Positions 24,643 to 38,009 of a stretch of 64,000 nucleotides of DNA are shown here, in pieces. How positions within the stretch are numbered: position 1 is the first letter of the stretch; each line of letters opens with the position of its first letter. The notes under the pieces were generated by a model. The model was not told the origin of the DNA, made no database searches, and saw only the letters and a program-made list of their open reading frames with translations. A program made the position numbers and the translations under genes. Source of the stretch: Balamuthia mandrillaris (Eukaryota); assembly GCA_031835245.2 (NCBI GenBank), contig JAVKOQ020000002.1, positions 124,001 through 188,000 of the forward strand, written 5' to 3'.

Positions 24643-27234
24643 AGTAGTAATAAGAAGTTTATTTGCTCTGAGAGCAACACCACACTATCTAAAAAGTAAG
24701 CATTGTACATACATAGTGTACTTTTACTTCTCTTACTCCCTCATCCTCAATGCCTTCCCAATTGTTATGTTAGTTCACAAGTGAAAGGTGTTGAATGTGC
24801 TTTCAGACTAACTTTGTATCATCTAGCTATCCTTTTCTTCCCCTTTTCCTCTCTTATCATTTCCTTACTTTTACATTACTTCCAAAGATTGATAAAATGC
24901 AGAAGAACTTCCATACTTCCAACTTGCTGTTGCTGTCCATAATCTCCAGACTCGTTTACAACTCTGCTTACAATGCTCCATCTCTTGAGCTCTGTTGCAT
25001 TTCTTTCCACTTGACAGGAGCTTTGTTGTACAGTCTTCTATAATCAGCTTTCTGACTTGTTCTTCATCTCTATTGTCCACATTCCAGATTCTAAAACGAT
25101 CTTCCCAAAGATTTGGACATCTTAATAGGAAGTGTTCTGCAGTTTCTTCCTCAGCATTGCATGCAGGGCACATACTGTCCTCTTCAGACTGCTGAATGGC
25201 TCCCCACTTTTTTCCAATGGGCAGTCCACCACAGCGAATAGCATTCATCAATAATTCCTTCCTTGGGTTGGTAATCACTAAGCTTCGTTGTTGTCCAACC
25301 AAACATCTTCCATTTGTCAAGAAGTTATGCCAAAGCCATGCTCTTGTTCCTCTTTCTCCTTCAACTGCATACTCTGCCTTGGCTACTTGAGTTAAGGTCC
25401 TCATCCTCTTGGCTTTCTTTTCAATGTCACTCATCCCTTCACTTCCCTCACCTTCTCTCTTCTCACCTTCCTCTTCCCTTGCTTGGCTTATCTCTTCCAG
25501 AAGCTCAAAGTGGCCATCTTGCCTCTCAGCATGGCGAATTACTGCTTGCCTTTCCAACTCACAGTAGGCCTTGATAGTCAACCAGCCCAATTCTGCTCTA
25601 CAAACCCCTGCCACAGTCCTTTGATGAACTTGCAATACACTTCTTGCTGTTTCATTCCACACAGCTTCGATCTTCTTCCACCATGATTTGGAAAGCTCTG
25701 TCATGCAAAGTCCATATGACAAGGTAGACTTGACAATGGCCTCTGCTGCAATCTGGGCAGTACGTGTACCCAGGCCTTGAGCAATGGCTCCTCGCTGCCT
25801 AAGGCTGTAGAGGGCTTGCTTGGCCTTGGTGATCCTCTCCTCGGCATGGGTTGTCCACTCACCACTTTCTTCAAACCACAGTCCCAGATACTTGGCCTCC
25901 TTCACACGTTTCACAGCCTCCCCCTTTAGTCTCCACTCTTGGAAGCAAGCCTTCTTTCCTTGTACTAGCACCACTGATTTCTTTGCATTGAACTGAAGTC
26001 CCAGAGCATTCACTGCCTCCACTGCCACATTCAGTCTTCTTTGAAGCTCAAAAGGATCGCTGGCCACCACTGCCAAATCATCTGCAAACAACAAGCAAAC
26101 ATTCCTTGCTTTATCTCCTCTGCCACCCGTAGCTTTCTTGCCACCACGTCAATATACACATTGAATAAGAAGGGAGACAAAACTCCTCCTTGCTTAACTC
26201 CTCTTTCTACCAGAAATTCCTCAGAGAGTTGCCCATTCATGCAAATGACACTTGTCATACCACAGTACCACTCTGCAATGATGCCCACTGCTGCCTCTTC
26301 TGCTCCTCTTTTGCACAATGTCCTTGCCAGTATGTTATGGTCAAGCATGTCATATGCTTTGCTGATATCCAACAGAGCAATATAAGTACATTCTTTGCTT
26401 CTCTTCATCAGGCATTTCTTCAACCGCCACACTTGATCCATGACTCCTCTTCCTTTTCTAAATCAGCCCTGGCAATCACTTATCCACCCTTGCTCTCTTG
26501 CTTGCATGTTCAACTGCACCAAGATAGCTCCCTCAAACACCTTGGCTGCATTGCATAGGAGGGTAATTCCTCTATAGTTTGCTGGGTTCTGGGGATCTCC
26601 TGCCTTATGCAATGGGATAACCACCCCTTGTTTCCACTCCTTGGGGAACACGCCTTGGTTCTCAATGGCCTTGATCAGTGTCCAAGTTGCGTCTTGCACA
26701 TGTTTACCTCTATACTTCATCATTTCCCCATCAATATTATCCACTCCAGGTGCTTTGCCCACCCTCAATCTTTTCCTTCATGCAAGATTAAAGCTCTCCT
26801 TCTTAAGCCAGTTGCTGCCAGACCAAGACAGTCCTTCTGGACCTGCTTCCTCTCGATGCAAGCTCCTGATGGAAGAATCCTTCCTTCCCAGCTTTGCCCA
26901 ATGTTCCTTGAAGGCGGCCATGGTGCTTAATAACAGCTTTGGGCTCTGCTCTACGCTTTGCCACTATCCTCCACATGTTGCCAATCCATTTCTGCATTTC
27001 CTTGATGTTCTCTTGTCTCTTCCACTTCATCCAGTCCCTTTTGTTGGCTCTCCACAACTTCACAAACCTTTTCCTAAGTTCCACAAAATCCTCTCTGGCC
27101 TTTCCATCATGCTTTCCTTCTCTCCGCCACTGAGCATGAGCTTTCACCACCTGCTTGTTCAAGGATGTTAACTCTGCCCTCCACCATGGCTTCCTTGCCC
27201 TGCTTGTAACCAGGACACTTATTTTCCTCTTCAA
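24643..27234 (-). mobile_element. Decayed non-LTR (LINE-like) retrotransposon: frameshifted reverse transcriptase, C-terminal CCHC knuckle and 3' UTR
   Basis: KAPGVD, PANYRGITLL, LDISKAYD, GVKQGGVLSPFLFN, LFADD, KYLG and CPAC...ETAEHFLLRC, split over several frames. The 3' end is a TTATTACTA tail. Confidence 0.9.
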
Positions 27235-27600
27235 ACTACTGAATGGATTTCCACTTTTTGGCTATTTATCACAATGAGGTCAGTTTGCAAGGGGCTGGTT
27301 AGATTGATGGCAATATGCTCAAAAGGAAAGGTATCATTGATGGACTTGAAAGAGTGGGAAGAGATATTGATCAGGAGGCGAAGGGCAGCTGCAATGAAGT
27401 GGGACATGACAGCCTGAACATGCTTGATGCCAAAAGGTGTGCTCACAAACTTGAGTCATATGCCATACCATGTGCAGGTAAGTTTTTTCTAATGTGGTGG
27501 ATAGACTAAAATTTGGTTGTAGGACCAGATGAGGTCCAAGAGGGTAGCCCATTTGAGGCCTAGAGCTCATGTGATGAGGACCTTGGTGTCTTTGAGCAGG
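27235..27600 (-). mobile_element. Highly degraded LTR-type integrase remnant
   Basis: PFEHIAINLTSPLQT resembles the PF-x-x-V-x-x-D-L-x-G-P start of rve integrase cores; catalytic Asp lost. Confidence 0.4.
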
Positions 27601-28517
27601 TACTCATCGTCAGCAAGGAGAGGGTTAATGTCATCAGGGTCAATACAGATCCTGACTTTTGACCATTTTCTGTGTTTGTCCTTTTCCAAAGATCTTCAAC
27701 TGTAGCTGCTCCCTCCTGGGTTTTCCTCACCATGGCCTTTCATTCCTCTCCTTTGCAGAAATGCTTACACCTGCATTTGTACTCCCTCTACCTCCTCTTA
27801 TGATCTTCTTCAAGTAGGACTTCATTTCCAACCTTTCATCCAAACCTTGTTGCAATTATCTGCTGAATCCTTCAACTCCACCTCCTCTAAAGGCTGATGA
27901 TCAGTCCATGCTTGCCACTCATCACCTGCTACCTTCCTATTCATCTCTGTGCTACTACATAGTCCACAATGTGCTTTCGTTTTCCAGCTTTCCATGTGAA
28001 CACTGGTGTTTCCTCTTCAAGCTGATGCATTGAGAGGACCAGCCTCTTGAAAGACTCTACTAACACTTGAACTTGTGTTGAACTTGAAAACAGAGCTTTT
28101 TACCTGGGTGAATGGACCCTTTCTTAGTTGTGTTCATAACTTGTGCTGTCTTCATGAGCCCATTTCTTGCAATGGTCAATTGCACAAATTGCTTGGTGAC
28201 AAAGCACTTGTCGGCAAGCCTTACAACGGTGAACTCTCTCTTTTGTTGTTTGAGTTCAATCAAGAGATGGTGGTCATCGAGTTGAAGTGAAACAAGCCAT
28301 AGGGCAACTAAAAACTTCAACTGCTTAGATCACATGGCACCACCATAGAGAGGACCACATTTCTTGTTAAGTAAGTTGTGTGTTTGGTAAACTTAGACGA
28401 CATAAGACAACAACAACAACAACATAAGACAACATTAGACAACAATATAAGCAACACTACTTTTATTTCTTTTCCAGTTGCCTTCAAGTTCCTCCTGAGT
28501 ATATATATAAGGTTTTT

Positions 28518-28800
28518 AGGAAGTATGGAAGTTCTTCTGCATTTTATCAATCTTTGGAAGTAATGTAAAAGTAAGGAAATGATAAGAAAGGAAAAGGGGA
28601 AGAAAAGGATAGCTAGATGATACAAAGTTAGTCTGAAAGCTCATTCAACACCTTTCACTTGTGAACTAACATAACAATTGGGAAGGCATTGAGGATGAGG
28701 GAGTAAGAGCAGTAAGAGTACACTATGTATGTACAATGCTTACTTTTTAGATAGTGTGGTGTTGCTCCTAGAGCAAATAAACTTCTTATTACTACTACTA
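28518..28800 (+). mobile_element. Inverted copy of the LINE 3' terminal segment
   Basis: Near-identical reverse complement of 24643-24921, ending TTATTACTACTACTA. Confidence 0.88.
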
Positions 28801-28885
28801 TATATAAGGTTTTACTTTTGTCTGAGGCAAACAAAATAATCAGTCTTCCAATAAAGATTCGAAGGTCATTTATTCTCACTAATCA

Positions 28886-29406
28886 GCTTCTGGAAGAGAA
28901 AAGCCAAGCAAGGGAAGAGGAAGGTGAGAAGAGAGAAGGTGAGGGAAGTGAAGGGATGAGTGACATTGAAAAGAAAGCCAAGAGGATGAGGACCTTAACT
29001 CAAGTAGCCAAGGCAGAGTATGCAGTTGAAGGAGAAAGAGGAACAAGAGCATGGCTTTGGCATAACTTCTTGACAAATGAAAGATGTTTGGTTGGACAAC
29101 AACAGAGCTTAGTGATTACCAACCCAAGGAAGGAATTATTGATGAATGCTATTCGCTGTGGAATTAATGTAAAAGTAAGGAAATGATAAAAGAGGAAAAG
29201 GGAAAGGAAAGAATAGCTAGATGATACAAAGTTAGTCTGAAAGCACATTCAACACCTTTCACTTGTGAACTAACATAACAATTGGGAAGGCATTGAGGAT
29301 GAGGGAGTAAGAAAAGTAAGAGTACACTAAGTATATACAATGCTTACTTTTTATGTATAGGTTGGTGTTGCTCTCAGAGCAAATAAACTTCTTATTACTA
29401 CTACTA
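28886..29406 (+). mobile_element. Second inverted, internally deleted LINE fragment (ORF piece fused to 3' UTR)
   Basis: 28886-29160 encodes SQAREEEGEKREGEG...NAIRCG, as in the reverse of 25231-25503. It joins directly to the 3' UTR copy at 29165-29406. Confidence 0.88.
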
Positions 29407-32378
29407 TTCTCACCAATCAAATGGCCTGTGTGCCACCTTGCTTTTGAACTGCAATTGATATTATCACCAAATCAGAGAAATAAAGAAAACATGACTATGA
29501 TTGGGTTATGGTTGTTGCTGGTAGTTTTGGTGGGGCTGTTAGGACAGGGATCAACTTTGCATTTAAGGCATCCACATTGCCAGTGTCTATCTTGCAGAGC
29601 AGGATGTCCAGCGCTCTTTGCTGATAACAAGTACTTTCAACCCTTCCAACATTGACAGTTTGCAGCACTTGATGATCAAGAAACAGTTACATTATTTTTT
29701 GTTAACAAAAAACACTAAAGTGTGACATTAAAAAACTCAGGAGGTCATTTGTTATGGTATGGAGAATGAGCTGCCTTGCACTCAGGAGCAACAACTGACT
29801 AGGCATGGGACAAGAACTTAATGGGCAACTACTCCACCACTCTAAGCTTGAATACCATCGCTTTGGGCCAAGGCTCTCCTTCCAGCAGCCTTGCTAGTGC
29901 GATTTCTGTTGTCTGCCATCATTATAACCTATAACCCCCCTTCTCTTCTGTCTTCTTTGTGCAGATAACAGTGGTTCATTGCTTGTACTTGGTGCTGGAT
30001 CCTTTGCATTTGGCTTTTGTATGCTCTTTGTCTCTCTGTCTATCTCTGTCTCTGTCCCTGTCCTCATATAGTTTTTTTTTTCCTGATTTTGCCACAATGA
30101 GCACAGCCAACAAAGGGAACATCACAACCTGGACAGAAGCTGCTGGTTCACTTGCTAGGGGCCAATGTGAAACATTGACAAGAATTAGTAGCTCAGTTAG
30201 ATTGATGCACAATCTGTGTCTTACTTCCTTTTATGTTTATACTGTGACTAAGGGGAGTGAAATCTCAACTAGTGCATTTTCAATGGGTTCTGTTGCCATT
30301 GGGCAAGGTGAGTTGTCAACAAACATTACTCACTGTTTTGCACCTTGCTTTTTTTATATGTTTCTGTTTTGTTGTTCTTAGCTAAGAATGGTACATTTAC
30401 ACTGAATGGTTCAAACGTGGCTTATTGGCCATGGGTTTAAGTATGCTGTTGGAAAACCAACAATTTGTGTCATTTTGACTTCCTGTTGACACTTTCCCTG
30501 GATACCTCGAATTCTCTCACCCCTTTTTATTTTCCCTTTTTCCTCATGACACACTCAAAGCACACACTTTGGTCCACACCTCTTTTCTTGTGAATAAACC
30601 CAGAGTCACTTACATGCCGTCCCTTTCTTGATCCACAGGGTTTATCCCCCATCAACAATGCCTTTGCCATTCCTAAATAATCATTTTTTCAGTAACTAAT
30701 GGGGGTATAATTTCAGCAAGTAGGTTTAAGTTCACAACGTTTGCCCTTGGCTATGTGTATATTTAACCTGTTTCCAAATGCATTTATGTTGTATTTGTTT
30801 TAGCTAGTAACAATGGTGAAATTACAACTGGGAGTAAAAATACTGAGCTTGGCAATAGGAGTAGGTAAGTTAGTTCCATATTGTAAGTCTGATAACATAA
30901 TTGATAATATGTTTTTACTGTCTTTTTTTTAGTAATTAAAGGTGATGAAATATTCACTACACTCTCTGGCAGGTATTCCAGGGTTTCAGTTGCCATTGAC
31001 TGGGGGTAAGTTTTTGCTAATTTGGTGTGCATATTGAGGGTATAGTAGACTGAAGTAATCTATTATTCTTTGTCAGCCAGAGATGGCAGGATTCAGAGTG
31101 GTGAAGAGGCTTCTGGTTCATTGGCCATTGGTTTTGGTTGGTTAAAAGTATTGTTGCTGTATTAAATGAAACACTCATTTCTTAATAGCCAATCATAGAA
31201 TAATTGAAACAAGGTACTGTGCAGGTAGTTCTAGTTGCTATTGGCAATGGTGAGTATTGGAGTGTAGACCAGCAATGATTGTTTTCATGTTTCTTGCAAC
31301 TGCAGCTGATGTGGTAAAATCTGCACTGGTGAGGAAGCAATGGGATCATTTTCCTTTGAACATGATGAGTTGTTGAATGTGGTTTCAAATGAATGTTATT
31401 GCATGAGGGATAATTATTATTATTATCAGCATATAATGGTACCATTGCAAGTTTTGGTTCAGGCTCATTGGCTGGTGGCTTTGCTGGTTTGACTATCTTT
31501 TTTGTGACCAGGAATCATCTATTCCTACTGTCCCTTTCATCAACTCTTCCTTTCCCTATCTGATAAGCAAACAATTTGTAGGACCTGATGAGATAGTAAG
31601 AGCTTCAGGTACTGGGTCTGTTGCGTTTGGAGTGAATGTGGCAGCAAAGAAAATAGCAGAAGTTACCTTTGGGGTTTGTAACAATGCTATCTTGGGTGCT
31701 ATTTTTTTCCATTGGCACCAGCATACTTTCTGAGGATAGAGCGTGTACCTCTTGCTTGAATGCCTTGGTTATAGATGCTTCTGGCAACCTGTATGTTTGA
31801 GGAAACTTGTTCCTGGATGGTTCTGTGATAGTTATTGATTTAATGGAGAGGCACACCAAAGAATCTCCTTTTCCCAGCAATGCCACTGAAGAAGCAACAA
31901 CAAACTGTGACATTCAAGTGGCTGAATTGGAAAAGAAAGTGGAAATGCTTCAAAAATGGCTGAAAGAGTTATCCAAAGTGAAATTCATGAGTATGTTTTG
32001 AGTTTGGAGAAAAGAAAATGAGAAGGATTAAAAATACAACCAAAAATCGCTTAGAGGAGAGGCCAACATGATTGTTGATATGGTTGTGAGTGTCAACTTC
32101 ACCATTAAAAGGCCTTCTGTGTTGCCTTTTTCTTTGTTGTCCACAGACTGATTAGACAGCATAAACCTCTCTGAGATTCATGCATGCCAAGCGGACTATG
32201 ACAATCTCTTGGTCAAACAGACTAGCGATGCTTCTTACATGCTGTTAGCATTGCTGGTCAGAAGCCCACTATTGTATTTTCAGGGGTTGGTGTGCACATC
32301 AGACGACGAAAACAGAACAGAAACAGCCAAAGAAACACAGCTTTTACTACTATTAAAAGTTCAAATAATCACAAAAGT

Positions 32379-34669
32379 TCAAATCCTTATAGTGTTGCTT
32401 TTACAAAGGAAGCCGTCATAATACTTGTTTGCAAAGAGGCGAACTTCATAAAGACCAGGAGTTGTACAGGATTTGAAAGTTAGCTCTTCCAGGCCAGAGG
32501 CAAGGTACTTGTATTTCCTGTACATTTTGTTATCCTGCTCCTCCACACGGTATATGCCAATCCACACGTAGTCAGTCGTAGGGTCAACAGTAGCAACCTT
32601 ACACCTGACCTTCATGCAAGATCCATCTGCTTCAAAATCAACTGAATCCTCCCCACGAACCAAAGCAGTACAACGGGCAACAGGGTAATATCTTCGCTCT
32701 GGGAAAAGACGGAATTCCCAGCAGCCGGTTTTAGGGACTGAAAAGGAGAGAACATGGTCCACAGCGGAGGAAACCCATTGATAGGTCTTATATGCACTGT
32801 GAGGCGCGTTGGAATCATCGTAGAGGGCTACCCAAGCATTCGGATACATGTTGCCAGAGAGATGCTCCACCCGAACGTCAACGCTTAACTGGGCTTGCTC
32901 TGCCTCCAGAGCGGGGTGCTGAGCGGCAGTCAAAGTGTAGACAGGACCAACGGAGACGGGGTTGGAGGTCGCCACAAGCTTGTAGCTCTTGTTGGAGAAA
33001 TAGCGAAACACGTAGCGGCCGAGCTTGGGCGCAGGGAATACGATGCTGCCCTGTTTCTGTACTTTGCCAATCCAGTTGTAGGTGTAGTAGCCCTTCACAG
33101 AAGGAGAAGCAGCGCCCTCAGGCCAAGAGTACATCCCCACCCAATCGGAAGTAGTTACCTCGCAGGAAGCGTCCCAGCTAACCCTGATCTTGCCTCCTTT
33201 GTCCAGACGCTCAGGCGTGGCCGTTAGCACAAAGCCATCAGCAAGGTCCTCATCCTGTTTGCCGGCAGGAGCAACTATCGAGCTTTGCAAAGAATCCTCT
33301 ACGGGGCTTGCTCCTTGCTGTTGTTGTGGAGACGCTCCAGCAGGCTCCTCTTCCTCGTCAACAAATGGGGCGGCCTGCATCTTGTCGATCATCTTGCGTG
33401 TCAGTGGGATCATGCCCGGCAAGCCAGGTAAATCCTCCGGACCAAAACGCAATTTGTTTTCCAATTCTTGCCGGAAAATTGAGTGTGGGTTTATTTCAAG
33501 GGCCACCTCGGCGGTTTGAACTTGGATAAGTTCGGTCAGCTCCTTGCCCAAGATCGCTGAGCGAAGAAGAAACTTCTCCTCATCTTCCTTTTCCTTTCCT
33601 TTGTCTTCCTTGATATGATGAATGGGAGAGTTTGCTTTCGTCTCTTGTTGTATTTTGGCTAACTCTGCCATGGCACTTCGAATATCCCAGTTTGTGTCAT
33701 TCAGCACCGTGAGTACTTGCTCTCCCGTTACCGCCTGTTGGGGACAGAGATCGATGTTCATCAATTAGCGTACAAAAAATATGTCTTTGATCTTGTGAGA
33801 GAGAAAGGTACAAGCGCAAAGAGGAAGTAAGAGCTTACCGGGTAAAGTCGCAAAAGTCTCTCTTTCTTTCTCTTCTCCGTGAGTCGCAGGAGCTCGTTGC
33901 TGGCAGAAGGAACATCCATATCAGCAGCTTCCAAGGTAGCCACAACCTCCTCTTCTTCCACATATTCCTCGAACCTATCGCGACCATAAAGCACGATGTC
34001 GCATCAAAAAGTAAGAAAGAGTACTCGTGATTAAAAGAAACACACATACCTCTCTTTGAGGGTGTCTATTTTAAGTTGTCGTTCCAAGGCCATTTGTCTT
34101 TTAATGAGTTCTTTTTCTTCATGCTTTTGTTTGGCTTCGTTCTCCCTCTGCTCTCGTTCGTTCATCAACGCTAACAGCTGGTCAACAGTTGCATCCACGT
34201 CACCTTCGTTTTGATCGAGGTAAGCTTGAACTTCTTCTTCGGGTATGTTGGAAAAAAGTTGACGTAAGAAGGTTTTTGCTTTCTTTGAGGCCTCTTCCTT
34301 CAGTTGAAGTCTCTCTGCCTCTCGCTTTTTAAGGGCCTCTTCGCGAGCAAGTTTTCTTTCTTTCTCACGATGTTCCTCGACCGCAGCAAAGAGTGGAAGG
34401 ATAGCGCGTTCTGAGTCCCAGTCATTTTCGACCAAGCTGCGGACGATGACTTCCTTTCCAAGCAGGGGAAATGTTTGTTGGAGTTCCGCAACCATTCTTT
34501 CCTGTGTGCGCTGTTTTTCCTCGTCAGCTGCTGCTTGCGACATCCCAGAGGCAAGCTCCAACGCTCTTTCCTTATCCCCTTCACACTGGCGAAGAACATC
34601 ACCCCAAAGGCTGGCAGAGAGGTCTTCAGTGGGAGGGACTGGAGTAGACTTGTTGAATAGGCGTTGCAT
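32379..34669 (-). CDS. Protein with several CUE/UBA-like ubiquitin-binding helices and three C-terminal SKICH-like beta domains
   Basis: LQQTFP..L.ENDWD, LRQLFSNIP..L..NEGDVD and LEAADMDV repeats; three DWVG(M/I)Y...Y.W...Y.FR(Y/L)F repeats. Confidence 0.65.
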
Positions 34670-35153
34670 GGCTTCCCAGATCGTACGAAATCAAAAAAAA
34701 AAAAGGGTGTTGACGGCCGGGTGCAAGCTTTGCTACAAACTTCTTGTGTGGGTGATAAGTGGAGGGGAAAAAAAAGGTTTCCTCCTCTTTCGGCCGCTGC
34801 TACTGCTATGTCTTTTCTGCTGCTTGCTTGCTTGCTGTGGTAGGTGGTGGTGGTGGTACGTTGACGTTGACAAGTAGACAAGCAACAAAGGAAAAGAAAG
34901 GGAAACAACAACAAATGGTTGGTTGGTTGGTTGGTTTTTGGGATGTGCGGGCAACGAAAGTTCCAAAACGAAAATTCCGCGAACACATAGGTCCCCCTCA
35001 GATTTCGGGCGGTTTTCGCCAAGTGGTCTTCCCACGACGACATGAGATCAAACAATATTTCTTAGCACGACAGATTTTCTCAACGAAGCGCCGTGGTGGT
35101 GGTGGTGGACTCCTCCGTTCTTTCCGACCGGTATTGTTCCATTTGGCGGCAGC

Positions 35154-36540
35154 ATGGGCTTCCTTTCTTTTTGGTTGGATATGGTGATGGTGCAGCTGGT
35201 GCCGTTGGCGTTTTGCTGGTTGTCGGTGGTGGATATCGCCACAAAGGGCATGTTCCTAGGCATCAGGCGTTGGTTTGGGGTAACCTTCGAGCTACATGGG
35301 GAACAGCTTCCCTATGTGCCCGAGAAAGGAGAAAAAGTCATGTGGTTGTGCAACCACCGCACATGGGCTGATTTTTTCGTGGACCACATGCTCACAGGTT
35401 TGCTCTGCCCTCCCCCTGCTAGGCCCACAGCTGTAATCTTTTCTGTAACACAATCTCTAACGATGCTTGCTATTGTTGGGCAGGCTTCCAGTGCGCCTAT
35501 TTATCGCGCTGTCTCGTTTTCTTGGGTATTCCTTTTAACAGCTGGGCGGGCTTCACCAATGACACTGTCTGGTTCTTCCGCCGTCCCGCACAACGAGGTA
35601 CGTTGCAACTGAACACCTCACAAGGAGTACCACCGCATGCCTGGCCTTTTGCCTCCTTCTTTGTCACTGTTTCTTGTGTTGTGGTATGTGCAACACCACT
35701 AACAAAAGCAATTATCCACCTCTGCCACAACACGTTGTACTCTCTGCAGATAGGAGAAAGTTTATTGAAACCTTTTATCGGTTTCTGGACCGCCGCTACA
35801 AAAGCACTCCATGGCATGGCCTCCTTATCTACCCAGAAGGCTCTCGTAATGTGCAACCCGATTCCTTGCCCCTTAAGAAAGGTCACTTTCGTTCCGTAAC
35901 TCTGCGGTTTTGCTTTTGCTTTTGCTTTTGCTTTTGCTTTTGCTTTTGCTTTTGCTTTTGCTTTTGCTTTTGCTTTTGCTTTTGCTTTTGCTTTTGCTTT
36001 GTCATTTTCTTATGTGCTTAATGCAACTAGGCTGTATAAACTATGCCTATGAGCGGGGTCTGCCAGTGCAGGTAAGTGACATGTCGTTTTTCTGTTTTAT
36101 TACCCAAACACCATACAAGCCCGTTGGTTGTGTGACTTTTAATCCATCAGATAATCATCGCCACCAACAAGGAGCATATTTTTAACGAATGCACGCTTAC
36201 TAGCAAGCATAACGTGCGGGTAAGAGTGGGTTATTCCAAGGTTCTCCGACCGGAAAACTACTCCTCCAGTGAAGCGTTCTTCTCTGCCATCGAAAGTCTG
36301 TGGCTGGAAACGTGGAAGGAGGTGATGCCACGCCCAGGTGAACAGGACAAGCCCCCCTCAGCGAGGGCACCGGCGTGGGAACCCCCCAATCTCTACAAAC
36401 CCAAAGCCATCCGGCGCAGCTGGGTGCAAGTGCGCTTCCTGTTGGGACTGCTGGTCATGTACGGAGCTCCTGCTGCTCTCCTCTTTTTGTTGTGGAAGGT
36501 GGTGGGTTTTGCCTTGCTGGCAATTTTGTCACAATTTTGA
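35154..36540 (+). CDS. PlsC/AGPAT-family lysophospholipid acyltransferase
   Basis: NHRTWAD (NHxxxxD), YPEGSR (PEGT/S-R), LPLKKG, and a C-terminal TM helix. Confidence 0.85.
35908..36001. repeat. (TTTTGC)n hexanucleotide microsatellite within an intron
   Basis: Directly visible. Confidence 0.95.
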
Positions 36541-36729
36541 GCGTTCTGGTGGTGGTTATTCTCGGAAATTCTATTCTCATTCTCCGTTTCTTTTTTGCCG
36601 ACCTTGTTTTCCCGCCAAAATCACCACCCACAGGGTATTCGCCTTGACGTGAAAGTTGCCCTCACCGAAGTGTGTGTTTCCTACTTTTTAAAAGAAAAGA
36701 AAGTAGTAGTACAGTAGTGAAGGTTTAAA

Positions 36730-38009
36730 ATGGAAGTGGACCAAACCCAGTTCAAGCTCGTCAGCCAGTGGCTCAAAGAGGTATTACAAGTCGAAACCTT
36801 GCCAAGTTTTGAGATCAATAAAACGACGGTGGCACTTCTCCATGACCTTGCCCTAAAAAATAACAGGAGGGATAGTGATTTCGAAGCCCTTCTGCAGGAT
36901 TTTTCTTCTCAAACGGAACGCTTTCGGAAGCAAGGTTTGGCCACACACTGTTCCTCTTGGTACCACGCCATCATGCTTTGCTGAGCTACTTGTTTCTTTC
37001 TATTCCATCTTTGAAGCCGATGCCTTGGGAGAAACCTTTTCTTGGCTGCATATTTCACGGCAAGAGCTTAGCGGGGAAGGCTTACAGAGTCTTGACAACC
37101 TTTCTTCCCTCGCCATTTTACTGGATCTCAAAGACGTAGAACCAACTAGGTTAAAAAAAGCTTCTCTTCATACTCATGGACAGGGAAGGGAGCGTTGCGC
37201 TGACACCTCGTATTGTTTTCATTTTATTTTAAAAAAAGCTACATGCTGGCTCTACAGGCATTGCAAGAGGAGATCGAGGAAGTGCAACATGCTTCTTATC
37301 ACCAGCAGCAATTGGCAGCAGCATTGACAGAGAAGACCCACACTGCCTTACCCTTCCTCGGTGAATGCAATCGGTTACTCTTATCTGTTTCTCGCTTCTC
37401 CAAATACAAGAGTGACGAAAGAAGGGCAGATAACATACTGACTCAGTTGGGTCAATACAATTAGGCTTGCAGCGGCGCATATTGAGGATTTAGCCACTAA
37501 AGAACAAGTAACAGAGGAGCGCTTGCAAGAGATAAAATACCTTCAGCAAAAAAGTATGGAGTACCACGATACACTCCATACGCTTAAGGTACGATGTTGG
37601 AGTTCTCTCTCCCTCTTTCTCCCATTTACCTTTCTTTCTTTTCTTTTCCATAATTGCAGAATGAAATAGAAGCCACTGGCGTTACACCCGAATTTACACA
37701 CTCCGCTCTTATACAAGCACACCAGCAGCTGCAACAAGTTCAACAAGAAACAGATTCGTTGTTGACTGTGTTGAAAGGTTATCTTGAACTTCCACCGGTA
37801 AGTTATAACTTATCTTTATCTTGGTCAATGTGTAGCAGTTTACAGGGCCTTAACTTTGTAGTGGTGGTGATGCAAACCAACAGGACCTAGCTTTGGCTGA
37901 GCTGAAAGTAGCGGAGGCGCGGCAACGATTTGCGGCCGTAGAAGAAGAGATGCAGAGGCACATTCTTGCCATGCAACTCGATGAGGACCATGCAGCCCCT
38001 CTTAAGTAA
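36730..38009 (+). CDS. HAUS1: Augmin/HAUS complex subunit 1
   Basis: N-terminal V..WL..V....PSFEIN..T...LH.L, coiled coil, and C-terminal LKGYLELPPDLALAELKVAEA. Confidence 0.8.

Noticed and set aside
29500..29660. Cys-rich reading on the minus strand (CQC...CGCLKC) that could be a transposon zinc-binding remnant
   Set aside because: Interrupted by a stop and too short to assign.
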